Shown: positions 1 through 10,839, counted from the first letter of the stretch. The stretch is 64,000 bases of DNA from Rhodothermales bacterium (GCA_965247125.1 CBDFGO010000002.1:964472-1028471), one strand, 5' to 3'. Notes: generated by a model from the sequence alone, not told the origin. A program made the numbers and translations.

Positions 1-159
1 GGTCTGAGCGACCTTCCCGACACCCGAGACTGGGCGATCCGGATGCAACAGTTTTTCGATTACTACCTCATGGATACACCTGCTCCCGTGTGGCTCGAAG
101 AGGGCGTCCCGGCAGTCGATAAAGGAAAGACCCTCGGCCTGGAGTTAATTGACAAATGA
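1..159 (+). CDS. 3' end of a probable S9-family (prolyl oligopeptidase-like) peptidase, partial at the window edge
   Basis: Frame 1 reads ...DWAIRMQQFFDYYLMDTPAPVWLEEGVPAVDKGKTLGLELIDK*, resembling the C-terminus of Bacteroidota-type S9 peptidases; stop TGA at 157-159. Confidence 0.6.
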   Translation, partial: GLSDLPDTRDWAIRMQQFFDYYLMDTPAPVWLEEGVPAVDKGKTLGLELIDK

Positions 160-163
160 TTCT

Positions 164-1420
164 ATGACAGACCGCAGATCTTTCATCAAGACGGCAGCAC
201 TGGCTGTGCCCGGGCTGGCTGTCCTGGGTGCATCCAAGCCTGGATGGGTCCCTGTTTCTACGATTCCGGACGAGGAATACTGGGAAGAAATTCGCCAGCT
301 GTACGCTCTTCCCGAGACTCGGACCTACTTGAACACGGGCGGCCTGGGACCCAGTCCTACGCCTGTGATGGCACGCTTTCAAGAACTGACTGCTGAGCTT
401 CAGACCATTTCTGAAACGGGTCACCGCCACATCGAGGAGGCGCGCGCGCCCGTGGGTCAGTTTCTGGGTGCGGACGAGACAGAAATATCGTTCACTCGCA
501 ATGCCACCGAGGGCAATGCGACGATCGCCTCCGGTCTTCGCCTTTCGGCAGGCGATGAAATCGTCATCGACGCACACGCACATCCCGGAGGTGCTATTCC
601 CTGGCTGAATCTCCTCAAAGAGCGAGGTGTGGTTGTCAAACTGTTTGAGCCTGATGCTGCCACACCCGAGGGGATTATCAAGCGAATTGCCGATCAGATC
701 ACACCACGAACACGGGTGATTCAGATCAGCCATGTGACTGCACCAACTGGGATCTTGCTTCCAGCCCGAGAAATAGCGCTACTGGCGCACGATCGGGGGT
801 GTTGGTTTCACATTGACGGGGCCCAATCGGCGGGTATGCTTCCAATAGATCTGCACGATATCGGGTGCGACTCGTATGCAACGAGCGGTCACAAGTGGCT
901 TGGCGCACCTCACGGAACCGGAATTCTGTACATCAGGACGGATCGCCTTGACGACGTCTTTCCGACTGAGGTCGGCGCCTATTCGGATGATGGGTACAGC
1001 CTGCCGGATCGGCTCGAGTACATCGCTAGCTCCCGCCGCCACGAGAGTGGAACGCGAAATGCACCGCTAGTAGAAGGCATCCGAACAGCGTGTGCGTTCA
1101 TGGGTGATATCGGAATGGAGCGCGTTCGCGAACGCGGCCTCAAACTCACGGAAATGCTCAGATCTGGCCTTGAGGAGATTGAATCGATCGAAGTTCTTTC
1201 GCCTGATCGACGCGAGCTTCGAGGATCGATATTGACGTTCAAGAGCTCACGCGTGGATTTCGCGACATTGAACCGCGAGCTGGGCTCGACTTACAAGCTG
1301 CGTCTACGCGTCGTCACCGAACGCGATTTGAACGCCATCCGCGTTTCGCTTCACGTGTTCAATACGCCTGCGGAGGTCGCCAGAATAGTCGAGAGCGTTT
1401 CGAATGCACTCACAACGTAG
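164..1420 (+). CDS. Class V PLP-dependent aminotransferase / cysteine desulfurase-like enzyme with Tat signal peptide
   Basis: N-terminal DRRSFIK twin-arginine motif plus hydrophobic stretch; YLNTGGLGP, DGAQSAG and SGHKWLGAP (PLP lysine) motifs; start moved to ATG 164. Confidence 0.85.
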   Translation: MTDRRSFIKTAALAVPGLAVLGASKPGWVPVSTIPDEEYWEEIRQLYALPETRTYLNTGGLGPSPTPVMARFQELTAELQTISETGHRHIEEARAPVGQFLGADETEISFTRNATEGNATIASGLRLSAGDEIVIDAHAHPGGAIPWLNLLKERGVVVKLFEPDAATPEGIIKRIADQITPRTRVIQISHVTAPTGILLPAREIALLAHDRGCWFHIDGAQSAGMLPIDLHDIGCDSYATSGHKWLGAPHGTGILYIRTDRLDDVFPTEVGAYSDDGYSLPDRLEYIASSRRHESGTRNAPLVEGIRTACAFMGDIGMERVRERGLKLTEMLRSGLEEIESIEVLSPDRRELRGSILTFKSSRVDFATLNRELGSTYKLRLRVVTERDLNAIRVSLHVFNTPAEVARIVESVSNALTT

Positions 1421-1509
1421 CCCTGGCCTTGCGCATGGGGCGAATGGGCCGCATCCTATTACCGACCCGATCTTGTCCTCAAGCCGGTCCTGTCACCGCC
1501 TGGACTTCC

Positions 1510-2322
1510 TCACATTCCGGCTTCAAACTGCAAACCATCGAACGCCGGAGCCATGCCTTCGGGTAGACGGGCTTCCAACTCTGCGTGCAGAATGTCGTGA
1601 GACATGTGGGTGAAATAGGTCTTCCCGGCGCCAATTGATTTTGCCAGCGCAATGGACTGCTCGATCGTCATGTGCATAGGATGCGGTCGGTCACGAAGAG
1701 CATCCAGAACCAACACATCCAAATCTTCCAGCAAACCCATACTGGCGTAAGGGATCTCGCTTACATCCGTCATGTAGGCGAAACGGCCGATTCGAAATCC
1801 GAGAACGTGAATGGAGCCGTGCACCGCAGGAATTGGAATAACTTCAACCGACTGCCCATTGTCAGATCGGTTCGGCACGACAAAGGGGCCTTCGACCTCG
1901 TGCAGTTCCAACCTGGGTACGCCAGGATAACTGCCATCTCTGAAGATGTAACTGAACGTATTTCGCAAGATCGTCGCGGAATTACTGACCGCGAAACACG
2001 GTATTTTTGCGCGATTATGGAAGAGAAATGGCCTCAGATCGTCAAGTCCGACTACGTGATCGAAATGATGGTGGGTAATCAGAACCGCGTCGACCTGATT
2101 GATGTCCGCGCGCATGGCTTGCTGCCGAAAATCAGGGCCTGCGTCAATCAGCAGGTGCACATCACCGACGCTTACATAACACGAGCAACGAAGTCTTCGA
2201 TCCTTCGCATTGCTTGATGTGCACACCTCGCAATCACATGTCAGGACCGGCACACCTGTGGAAGTGCCGGTTCCCAGGATGGTAACACGTACCGTCCTCG
2301 AATCAGTCACCTTGCTCGGCAT
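1510..2322 (-). CDS. Metallo-beta-lactamase-fold hydrolase (PhnP-like)
   Basis: LGTGTSTGVP...CDCEVC, THHHFDHVVG (HxHxDH), THMSH; start uncertain. Confidence 0.9.
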   Translation of the reverse strand: MPSKVTDSRTVRVTILGTGTSTGVPVLTCDCEVCTSSNAKDRRLRCSCYVSVGDVHLLIDAGPDFRQQAMRADINQVDAVLITHHHFDHVVGLDDLRPFLFHNRAKIPCFAVSNSATILRNTFSYIFRDGSYPGVPRLELHEVEGPFVVPNRSDNGQSVEVIPIPAVHGSIHVLGFRIGRFAYMTDVSEIPYASMGLLEDLDVLVLDALRDRPHPMHMTIEQSIALAKSIGAGKTYFTHMSHDILHAELEARLPEGMAPAFDGLQFEAGM

Positions 2323-2593
2323 CAATCTCAACGACGTCATTTCTGACCCAGGCATCTTCGAGGGCCTGTCGAACGACGGGCCTCAGGTAGACGGAATCAA
2401 TTTTCATCGATTTGAGGGTGTCGGCGAGAACCGCAAGGTGGACTTCGGGAGAATGAACCCGATTGAGCATGAGAAACTCTTCATCGTCGCGCACGCAAAA
2501 ACCTCCCCGGAAATTTCCCTTCTCGCGGCGCACTCTCAATCCCAGCTGCTCCGCAGCCGACTCCAATTCCTTTACGATCTGAATCGTTTTCAT
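2303..2593 (-). CDS. Small conserved hypothetical protein
   Basis: MKTIQIVKELESAAEQLGLRVRREKGNFRGGFC...VYLRPVVRQAL; co-oriented with and slightly overlapping the downstream gene. Confidence 0.7.
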   Translation of the reverse strand: MKTIQIVKELESAAEQLGLRVRREKGNFRGGFCVRDDEEFLMLNRVHSPEVHLAVLADTLKSMKIDSVYLRPVVRQALEDAWVRNDVVEIDAEQGD

Positions 2594-2672
2594 ATCGGGA
2601 AAATACACCGCTGGCCAGGGGAAAGAAAATCGGGCCCGTTCGATAAGGTCAGAATCCCTTCCTCCGCTTCGG

Positions 2673-3407
2673 TCAGAAGGTGATGCCGACTTGAAACGAA
2701 TGATGAGAGCCTTCATACTTGAAATCACCCGCATCCGCAGCGCCCGGGAGTGATAACGCGCTCAATGTCCACTTCTGCCAACGGTAGCCATATGAGAAGA
2801 ACACTCCAAACCGGTCGTTGATGAGGCCAGACGCCCATTCAACATCGGCTGTAAGCACGGCTGATGAGCCCGTATCGTTACCAAACGATCTCGACGCGAT
2901 GCCGTAAGACGGCATCGCCCTCACCAGTAGATCACTCCCCGCTATTCCAGTCGAAATTCCCAATCCTGCTCCGATGGCCAACACGGTTACTTCGAAAACA
3001 TCGGCATCTGTGGGTCCGCCTTTCTTCGTCATTTTTCTGTAGTCACTGCTAATTCCTACAGGGAAGAAAACATCTAGTGATTTATCTTCAAGATCTTTGA
3101 ACGGCCGAATGCTGACCCAACCGGCTATCGCTCCGCCCAGGAGTATCAGATCTTCGTCGTCTCCGACGCTCGACACACCTCTCATCAGCGAGACGGAAAA
3201 ACCAGGCCGACTGTAAAAAACACCGTACGCAGGGTCTTCAAAGGAGAAACTCGCATCGATGGCACCATCACGCACGAAGGCGAAATCTATCATCGAGTAC
3301 GAGATACCGACCGTGGTGGTCGGTGTGCGAGACGCGCCGTAATTAAGTTGTGCAGAAGATGTCCCCGCAAACAGGACAGAGGCGACTACAAAGACAATAA
3401 TCTTCAT
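2673..3407 (-). CDS. Hypothetical outer-membrane beta-barrel protein
   Basis: Signal peptide, alternating amphipathic strands, C-terminal beta-signal ...SFQVGITF. Confidence 0.65.
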   Translation of the reverse strand: MKIIVFVVASVLFAGTSSAQLNYGASRTPTTTVGISYSMIDFAFVRDGAIDASFSFEDPAYGVFYSRPGFSVSLMRGVSSVGDDEDLILLGGAIAGWVSIRPFKDLEDKSLDVFFPVGISSDYRKMTKKGGPTDADVFEVTVLAIGAGLGISTGIAGSDLLVRAMPSYGIASRSFGNDTGSSAVLTADVEWASGLINDRFGVFFSYGYRWQKWTLSALSLPGAADAGDFKYEGSHHSFQVGITF

Positions 3408-3570
3408 TTATTTGGCCGACTGGAGTCTGTTAGTACGATCTGAACACGCGATACCGAAGTCAATTTTGGGGTTCGGCGAGACGGGGGACGCGCAGAAGTG
3501 AATTACAAAAATACAGTCCGAGCTTCACCCTCGACAGGCCATTGAGCGTAACCCATGACTCTATTTTCGG

Positions 3571-6195
3571 CTACTCCATTCCCGAATCCGAGCTATCGTC
3601 GGGTCCCTTTTCAACCCGGAAATCGAGTTTCTGGAATCGATTTCCACCCGATTTCCGCTCGATCACCTTCTCTTCTGTCTTGGGAGAGGTTTTTCGTGAC
3701 TTCGGAGCGCTGGCTTCAGACGTAGTCCTCGTGGATTGAGAGGCATCGTCCCCCTCTTTTACCTTTGAAGGAGTCGACTTGCTAACTGCCCTCTTCACCG
3801 CCGGCTTTTTTGCCGCCGGCTTTTTTGCCGCTGGCTTCTTGGCCACTGGCTTCTTGGCCGCTGGCTTCTTGGCCGCTGGCTTCTTGACCGCTGGCTTCTT
3901 GGGCGAGGATTTCCTCGGTGTCGGCGAGTCATCTACCGGTAATTCTGCGCCTCTCTCATCAAATCTCTTTGGAGCTTTCACGTCCTCGTTTTTCTCCTTC
4001 GACCGTGTAGGCCGCGCACGAGAGGATGGTTTTGTTGCCCCAGAGCGCGGTTCAGAGCTCGACCGAGTGCTTCTACCTCGATCCTGGCTTCCTGATTTCT
4101 TACTATCGGCTCTTGAGGGTGCTTCTCCGGATTCCGATTTTCGTCTTCCCTGAGAACGACTTGTCCGTCCCGGACCTTCATTCCGGCTTTGTCCGGACCT
4201 TGAAGAGCCTCTTCGGGTCTCCTGGGTACTTCGTCCCCGCTCACCGCGTGAATCTGATTTTCCTCGGCCATCCTTGGAGTCTCCATCCCCTCGTCTTGTA
4301 GAACCCGATGAAGAACGCCGTTTCCGATCATCACCTCTTCCTTCACTCCGGCCGCCCCCGCGACCCCCGCGACCTCCGCGTCCATCTCTGGATCGACCTC
4401 CCTCAAACTTAGTTTCCTTGGCAGGCCTTCTCGGTAGCCTTGTAATCTCTGTGGAGGACTTTGCATCAAACATCTTAAAGGTCATCGGATCAACCTTGGG
4501 GTCAGATTCGATTTTTAGTCTCACACTAAAGCGGAGGTACCAGCGAAGAGCCTGACTCGGAAATCCACCTTGGAGATATGAGGCCGTAAAGGGATGTACG
4601 CAAAGCTTGACTTTTCCAGTGCGACCGGATTTTTTGAAATTGGTGATCCACCGCTCAATCTTTGAGATCAGATCTTTGGGATTCGTCGGAGCAGATGCGC
4701 GCGCAGAATATCCAGATTGCCTACGCTCACTTGAGGATGCGGCGCCCTCCATCTCTTCCGTTAGAGAAAACGTCTTGGTAATGCTTGGCCGTAATCGTTG
4801 TCTTGTAATCTGAATCAGCCCAAAGTCTGTCATCGGTAGGATTTTGGTGACGGCGCGATCACTATAAAATTCTTTTCGCAACGCGTCGAACACCTTTCTC
4901 CGATTTCGTTCATCGCGCATGTCAATAAAATCGACCACGATGATCCCGCCCAGATCTCGAAGGCGAATCTGCTTACCCAATATTCGGGCCGCTTCGAGGT
5001 TTACTCTTAACGAGCTTTCTTCCTGCGAGAGTCCACGTCCTGCCCGACCGGAGTTCACATCGATCACGTGCATGGCTTCCGTCTGCTCTAGAAACAGATA
5101 TCCACCAGATGGAAGGTTCACACGGCTTTGAAACGCTTCTTCAACGGCCAGAGCGATTCCGGCCTCTTCAAAAACAGGAACGTCCGAAGACTGGAGCTGA
5201 ACGTCTCGAACCATGTCGGGTGCGATTGCTTGAACGTACCCCTTGATATTTCTGTACAGCTTTTGATCGTCGATCAAGATGCGATCATAGTCTTCCGTGA
5301 AGAGGTCCCGCATGATGGATGACACCATGTTTACGTCTTCATGCACGACCACTGGCGGGGCGGGTCTGCCCTTTAATCGCTCTTCAAGTTTTTTCCACTT
5401 GCTGATGAGAAGTTTCAGATCGGTATCCAGGGCTTTTGCACTGCGACCATCTGCAACTGTCCTGACAATGACGCCGAAGCCCTCGGGCAGCAAACTGCGT
5501 GCTAGTGCGCGGAGTCTTCGACGCTCCTTGAAAGACAGGATTTTTTTAGAAACGGCAACATAATTGGCCATCGGGACCAGAACCAGAAAACGCCCTGCGA
5601 GAGAGATATCCGTCGTGATACGACTGCCTTTATTTGCGATGGGCTCCTTGCTGATTTTAACGAGCATCAGCTGATCCTTCTTCAGGACTTTCGTTGGATC
5701 GATCTGTGGAGCCGAATCTCGATCATCGCTCCTGCCCCGGCTTTCGTGGCTGGAGTGCTGACGCTTCTGGGCAGACTTGCGACGATCCTTCGAGTTTTCG
5801 TCCGCCACGTGGCGGTGTTGGTCGGAGCCGCTTCCGGAATTGCGCCCTCGACGGTCGTTCTGGCCACTTGGATGCCGCCGCTTCTTTCCTGCGGGCCGCG
5901 TCGTGTAGTCGCCCTTGAACTTTCCGATGACCGGTACATCTTCCTTGGCGTACCCGATCCACGATTCAACATTTTCGATAAGATCGGAAAAGTGCAGGAA
6001 CGCATCCTGCTTCTGTCCGATATCTACAAACGCGGCCTGGATACTCGGCATAATTCGCCGTATCCGCCCCAGGAAGATGTTTCCTATCGTGCGTTCGTGG
6101 TCTTGATTTTCGATAAACAGCTCTGAAAGCTCGCCGTTATCGACGATGGCAATGTGAGTCTGTTTTCCCTGGTTAACAATGATTTCTTTCGACAT
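3571..6195 (-). CDS. rne: Ribonuclease E/G family (Rne/Rng) with long disordered C-terminal extension
   Basis: GNIFLGRI...QAAFVDIG S1 domain, IDVNSG, RLRDLGGIIVVDFIDM, FGLIQITRQR; ~290-aa R/S/G/K-rich tail. Confidence 0.9.
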   Translation of the reverse strand: MSKEIIVNQGKQTHIAIVDNGELSELFIENQDHERTIGNIFLGRIRRIMPSIQAAFVDIGQKQDAFLHFSDLIENVESWIGYAKEDVPVIGKFKGDYTTRPAGKKRRHPSGQNDRRGRNSGSGSDQHRHVADENSKDRRKSAQKRQHSSHESRGRSDDRDSAPQIDPTKVLKKDQLMLVKISKEPIANKGSRITTDISLAGRFLVLVPMANYVAVSKKILSFKERRRLRALARSLLPEGFGVIVRTVADGRSAKALDTDLKLLISKWKKLEERLKGRPAPPVVVHEDVNMVSSIMRDLFTEDYDRILIDDQKLYRNIKGYVQAIAPDMVRDVQLQSSDVPVFEEAGIALAVEEAFQSRVNLPSGGYLFLEQTEAMHVIDVNSGRAGRGLSQEESSLRVNLEAARILGKQIRLRDLGGIIVVDFIDMRDERNRRKVFDALRKEFYSDRAVTKILPMTDFGLIQITRQRLRPSITKTFSLTEEMEGAASSSERRQSGYSARASAPTNPKDLISKIERWITNFKKSGRTGKVKLCVHPFTASYLQGGFPSQALRWYLRFSVRLKIESDPKVDPMTFKMFDAKSSTEITRLPRRPAKETKFEGGRSRDGRGGRGGRGGGRSEGRGDDRKRRSSSGSTRRGDGDSKDGRGKSDSRGERGRSTQETRRGSSRSGQSRNEGPGRTSRSQGRRKSESGEAPSRADSKKSGSQDRGRSTRSSSEPRSGATKPSSRARPTRSKEKNEDVKAPKRFDERGAELPVDDSPTPRKSSPKKPAVKKPAAKKPAAKKPVAKKPAAKKPAAKKPAVKRAVSKSTPSKVKEGDDASQSTRTTSEASAPKSRKTSPKTEEKVIERKSGGNRFQKLDFRVEKGPDDSSDSGME
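3796..3900 (-). repeat. Seven tandem 15-bp units encoding KKP(A/V)(A/V) within rne
   Basis: Plus-strand units such as ggccgctggcttctt repeated 7 times with synonymous variation. Confidence 0.95.
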
Positions 6196-6788
6196 ATACG
6201 ATTGTCGTACAGGAAGAAATCGCCCAGAAGAAGTCCGTTTCGGGAGGATGATGTTTGATCGGTTGGGGGGCCAGTATCATAAATGGCTGCCAGGCTGAAA
6301 GAATCCTTGCCTGCAATAAAATCGCCCCAATAATTCCTCACCGACGGCGCTGAAGTCTGAGCGACCGTCCTGAAATACTTGGAAAAGTGAGTGTAGCAAA
6401 TAGACGTTCCGACGACACCGAGTCTGGTGGTATCTAAGCGTCTGGGTAACTCCGTCCGGAATAACATTTCATTCGCGACGACAGTGTCCATCCACATTAA
6501 AAAGCGTTCAAGAACGCTTCCAAGGGTGTAAAGGATAGAAACGAGATTAACCGTTCCCTGGGTAGATGGCTGAAGCCGAGTGCCTTTCATCAACAAGAGA
6601 TAAGCAGGAATAGCGGACGGGAGATTTTGCCGGTGCACCAAATTTTTCGGTCACCGGATTTCAAATTCGAATCTTTAAATCACCTGAGGGTACGAAATGA
6701 TCCCGTATAAACCCCTACTTTGTCAGGTGTCCCCACGGTCGATTAAAAGTAAAATCGACCAAAAAGATCAGTCACTTAAATCCTTGTC

Positions 6789-7931
6789 ATGAGCGAAAGC
6801 AATAGCAAACCTGAACCTCCTGCCACGGGAGCGGGTCTTGAGGGAGTGGTCGCTCTGAATACGGAGATTTGCGACATTGACGGTCAAAAGGGAAAGCTGG
6901 TGTACAGGGGGTATGAGATCGAGGACCTCGCTCGAAACTGCACGTTCGAAGAGGTCGCTTACCTGTTGTGGAACAAAGAATTACCGAATCGAGAGGAACT
7001 GTCACAGCTGAATCACGCCCTGGCAGCAGAGCGGATACTGCCTCCCATGGTTCACGATGTCCTGGCCATGACCCCAGAAGACGCCAATCCCATGGCGGTC
7101 TTGCGAACCACCTTGTCAGCCCTTTCACTGTTTGACTCGCAGTCCGACGAAATGTCACCAGCGGCCAACTATCAGAAAGCGATCCGCCTGACCGCTCGAA
7201 TCCCGACCATATTGACCGCGTTCGACAGGAGGCGTCGAGGCCTGGAGCCCCTTCATCCGCTGAGGGACCGATCGACCGCGGCGAATTTCCTGTACATGCT
7301 TCATGGTGAAGAGCCGGGAGAAGCCGCCGAGCGCACTTTTGATGCGTGCCTGGTGCTCCACGCCGAGCATGGACTCAATGCATCCACCTTTGCGGCAAGG
7401 GTGATTGGAGCAACACTTTCAGACGTCTATTCGGCTATTTCTGGTGCGATTGGAGCGCTCAAGGGTCCTCTTCACGGTGGAGCCAACATCAAGGTCATGG
7501 AGATGCTTGCTGAAATCGATCGGTCGGGGTCGGATCCGGCACAGTGGGTTCTCGAGAAACTCCGAAACAAGGAGCGGATCATGGGATTCGGGCACAGGGT
7601 TTACAAGACGCTTGATCCGCGCGCCGCAATCCTACGAGAGATGACAGATGCCCTGTCGTCGGAGCGAGGCAGTCGCAAGTGGTACGACATGAGCATCGTC
7701 ATCATGGAGACAGTCGAAAAGGAAAAGGGCCTGTATCCTAATGTCGATTTCTTTTCCGCCTCTGTGTATGGGACGCTGGAAATCCCAACAGATCTGTTCA
7801 CCCCCATCTTCGCACTCTCGCGGATTACCGGGTGGACCGCGCATCTGCTCGAACAATGGATGGACAACAGGCTTATCCGCCCACGCGCAGCCTATTCGGG
7901 CCCGACGGGCAAGTCGACTGGCCGAGGCTGA
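6789..7931 (+). CDS. gltA: Citrate synthase (short type; 2-methylcitrate synthase not excluded)
   Basis: GLEGVV, HAEHGLNASTF, GPLHGGAN, MGFGHRVYK, YPNVDF; adjacent to sdhCAB. Confidence 0.9.
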   Translation: MSESNSKPEPPATGAGLEGVVALNTEICDIDGQKGKLVYRGYEIEDLARNCTFEEVAYLLWNKELPNREELSQLNHALAAERILPPMVHDVLAMTPEDANPMAVLRTTLSALSLFDSQSDEMSPAANYQKAIRLTARIPTILTAFDRRRRGLEPLHPLRDRSTAANFLYMLHGEEPGEAAERTFDACLVLHAEHGLNASTFAARVIGATLSDVYSAISGAIGALKGPLHGGANIKVMEMLAEIDRSGSDPAQWVLEKLRNKERIMGFGHRVYKTLDPRAAILREMTDALSSERGSRKWYDMSIVIMETVEKEKGLYPNVDFFSASVYGTLEIPTDLFTPIFALSRITGWTAHLLEQWMDNRLIRPRAAYSGPTGKSTGRG

Positions 7932-8120
7932 TTTAGCGACAGGACGCCCTCTGACGAGTCGCTTTCTCGGAATATTACACGCCGAACCGCTCCTTCTGGA
8001 GCGTGGAAAGTTGTTCGGACGTACCTTGCGTTCGGTCAGATTTTACCACCCAACTACCGATGGTGTTGATGACGAATTGGCCATGATGATAGATATATCA
8101 ATCCGGTTCCTACCGCAGAT

Positions 8121-8819
8121 ATGAATACTCCCAGCGCCTTGCGCTCCCCCATCGGAAAAAAATTGCTCACTGGTCTGACCGGACTGGCCCTGGTTGGCTT
8201 CGTGTTGATGCACATGATCGGCAATCTGGCCATGTTCTCGGGCGATGCGGCGTATAACGAGTACTCCCACTTCCTGGTCAGCCTCGGGCCGTTACTCTGG
8301 GCTGTCGAGGCCGGCCTCGTTCTCTTTTTTGTTACTCACACCGTCGTCGGCGTGCAAATATGGCTCAGAAAACGGCGGGCCCGTCCTGTCGGGTATGACA
8401 CCTACAAGAGTGCGGGTGCTCCCAGCCGTCAGTCGGTGAGCTCGCGGAGCATGATCGTGACGGGTGTCATCATTCTGGGTTTCCTCGTCTTCCACCTCTA
8501 TTCGTTCAAGTATGGACCTGGAGGGCCCGGCAACGGCGACGAAGCTTATCTGACTTCTATTGGAGGGGAAGAAATGCGCGACCTTGCCCGACTGGTTCGC
8601 GAACGATTTACTGGCGCATTCTATACCTTCGGCTATACCTCGATCATGCTGCTTCTCATTCTGCATTTGCGCCACGGTGTATGGAGCGCGCTGCAATCTC
8701 TGGGAACTCTACGCCCGTCTTGGAGCCCGATTATATACACTCTTGGGGGGTTGGTTGGCCTGGGAATCGGACTCGGATTTATTGCTATGCCACTGGCCAT
8801 TTATTTCGGAATCATTTGA
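8121..8819 (+). CDS. sdhC: Succinate dehydrogenase cytochrome b subunit
   Basis: IGKKLLTGLTG, heme-ligand His motifs HMIGN and LHLRHG, multiple TM helices, upstream of sdhA. Confidence 0.9.
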   Translation: MNTPSALRSPIGKKLLTGLTGLALVGFVLMHMIGNLAMFSGDAAYNEYSHFLVSLGPLLWAVEAGLVLFFVTHTVVGVQIWLRKRRARPVGYDTYKSAGAPSRQSVSSRSMIVTGVIILGFLVFHLYSFKYGPGGPGNGDEAYLTSIGGEEMRDLARLVRERFTGAFYTFGYTSIMLLLILHLRHGVWSALQSLGTLRPSWSPIIYTLGGLVGLGIGLGFIAMPLAIYFGII

Positions 8820-8882
8820 AGAACCCTGTGATGCTTCCTCTTCCTCCATGCTCCCACCTTTGAAGCTTTAGATTCGTTCACC

Positions 8883-10796
8883 ATGTCATCCTTCCTTGAC
8901 TCCAAAATTCCTAAAGGACCTCTTCACAAAAAGTGGGACAACTACAAGAACTCGATCAATCTTGTAAATCCCGCCAACAAGCGGAAACACACGATCCTGG
9001 TCGTGGGCACCGGGTTGGCTGGCGGATCTGCGGCGGCAACCCTGGCAGAACTCGGCTACCAGGTCAAGAGCTTCTGCATACAGGACTCTCCCCGGCGGGC
9101 ACACTCGATCGCGGCCCAGGGCGGCATCAACGCAGCCAAGAACTATCCCAACGACGGGGACACGGTTTGGCGTCTCTTTTATGACACGATCAAAGGGGGG
9201 GACTACCGATCGCGCGAGGCCAATGTCCACCGGCTGGCTCAAATCTCGAACAACATCATCGATCAATGTGTCGCGCAGGGCGTGCCATTTGCGCGAGAAT
9301 ATGGAGGTCTCCTGGACAACCGCTCGTTCGGTGGAGCCCAGGTTTCCAGAACTTTCTACGCGCGCGGACAGACCGGACAACAATTACTGTTGGGTGCCTA
9401 TCAGGCCATGAGCCGGCAGATTGCGAAGGGGAGCATCGAAATGTTCTCCCGGCGGGAAATGCTCGAGTTGGTCAAAATAGATGGACGCGCCAGGGGCATC
9501 ATCACCCGGAATCTAGTCACCGGTGAAATTGAGAGGCACGTGGGCGATGCAGTACTTCTGTGTACGGGTGGTTACGGAAACGTGTACTATCTCTCTACAA
9601 ATGCCAAAAACTCAAACGTGACGGCCGCCTGGAGGTGTCACCGCGAGGGGGCGTATTTCGCCAATCCGTGCTTCACGCAGATTCACCCTACCTGTATTCC
9701 TGTTTCGGGCGATTATCAGTCCAAATTGACGCTGATGTCTGAGAGCCTTCGAAACGATGGCCGCGTCTGGGTGCCAAAGAAAATTGGCGACGCCAGAGAC
9801 CCTCAAGACATCCCGGAAGACGAGCGGGATTACTACCTCGAACGCCGCTATCCAAGCTTCGGCAACCTGGTTCCCAGAGATGTAGCGTCAAGAAATGCTA
9901 AAATGGCATCTGACGAAGGCCGGGGTGTCGGCACTACCAAACTGGCCGTCTACCTTGACTTTTCGGACGCCATCAAACGCCTCGGACGTGAGGTCATTGA
10001 AGAGCGGTACGGAAATCTTTTTGAAATGTATGAACGGATCACGGCGGAGAATCCGTACGAGGTCCCCATGCGCATTTATCCGGCGGTCCATTACACGATG
10101 GGAGGGCTGTGGGTAGACTATGATTTACAGAGCACGGTACCTGGATTGTTCGTTCTAGGAGAGGCCAATTTTTCTGATCACGGCGCAAACCGGCTCGGAG
10201 CCTCGGCTCTCATGCAGGGCCTGGCCGATGGCTACTTCGTCATACCGTACACTTTGGGCAACTACATCGCAAGCACCAGATTTGGAGCCGCCACGACGGA
10301 TGATCCATCCTTCGCCGGGGCAGAGGCTTCGGCAAAGGCGCGCATTGAAAAATTGCTTTCCGTCGAGGGCACCAAAACCGTGACCGAGTATCACCGAGAA
10401 CTCGGAAAGATCATGTGGAATTTCGTCGGGATGTCGCGAAATGCGGAGGATTTGAAAAAGGCCATCGATGAAATCACGGCTCTCCGAGAGGATTTCTGGC
10501 AAAATGTTCTCGTAGCTGGTGAAAAAACGACGCTCAACAAGAACCTCGAATTTGCAGGCCGGGTCGCCGACTTCCTGGAACTGGGAGAGTTGATGGCCCG
10601 CGATGCACTGGATCGGGAAGAATCATGCGGGGGACATTTTCGCGAAGAACATCAGTCTACAGAGGGCGAAGCGGAAAGAAATGACGATGATTTTACCTAC
10701 GTCTCGGCCTGGGAGCATCTCGATTCCGGCCACGAATTGCACAAAGATGACCTGACATTCGAGTACGTGGAATTGACCACCAGGAGCTACAAATAA
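8883..10796 (+). CDS. sdhA: Succinate dehydrogenase/fumarate reductase flavoprotein
   Basis: [46 protein letters not shown]. Confidence 0.97.
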   Translation: MSSFLDSKIPKGPLHKKWDNYKNSINLVNPANKRKHTILVVGTGLAGGSAAATLAELGYQVKSFCIQDSPRRAHSIAAQGGINAAKNYPNDGDTVWRLFYDTIKGGDYRSREANVHRLAQISNNIIDQCVAQGVPFAREYGGLLDNRSFGGAQVSRTFYARGQTGQQLLLGAYQAMSRQIAKGSIEMFSRREMLELVKIDGRARGIITRNLVTGEIERHVGDAVLLCTGGYGNVYYLSTNAKNSNVTAAWRCHREGAYFANPCFTQIHPTCIPVSGDYQSKLTLMSESLRNDGRVWVPKKIGDARDPQDIPEDERDYYLERRYPSFGNLVPRDVASRNAKMASDEGRGVGTTKLAVYLDFSDAIKRLGREVIEERYGNLFEMYERITAENPYEVPMRIYPAVHYTMGGLWVDYDLQSTVPGLFVLGEANFSDHGANRLGASALMQGLADGYFVIPYTLGNYIASTRFGAATTDDPSFAGAEASAKARIEKLLSVEGTKTVTEYHRELGKIMWNFVGMSRNAEDLKKAIDEITALREDFWQNVLVAGEKTTLNKNLEFAGRVADFLELGELMARDALDREESCGGHFREEHQSTEGEAERNDDDFTYVSAWEHLDSGHELHKDDLTFEYVELTTRSYK

Positions 10797-10839
10797 TAAC
10801 CGCGGCGCCTACTATGGACGGGCGTCTTTTCCGTGAGAT

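Noticed and set aside
3779-4153. Plus-strand ORF with AAGFL repeats
   Set aside because: Antisense reading of the KKPAA repeat in rne.
6084-6641. 185-aa minus-strand ORF upstream of rne
   Set aside because: Overlaps the rne start in another frame and has no recognisable features; more likely leader or promoter DNA.
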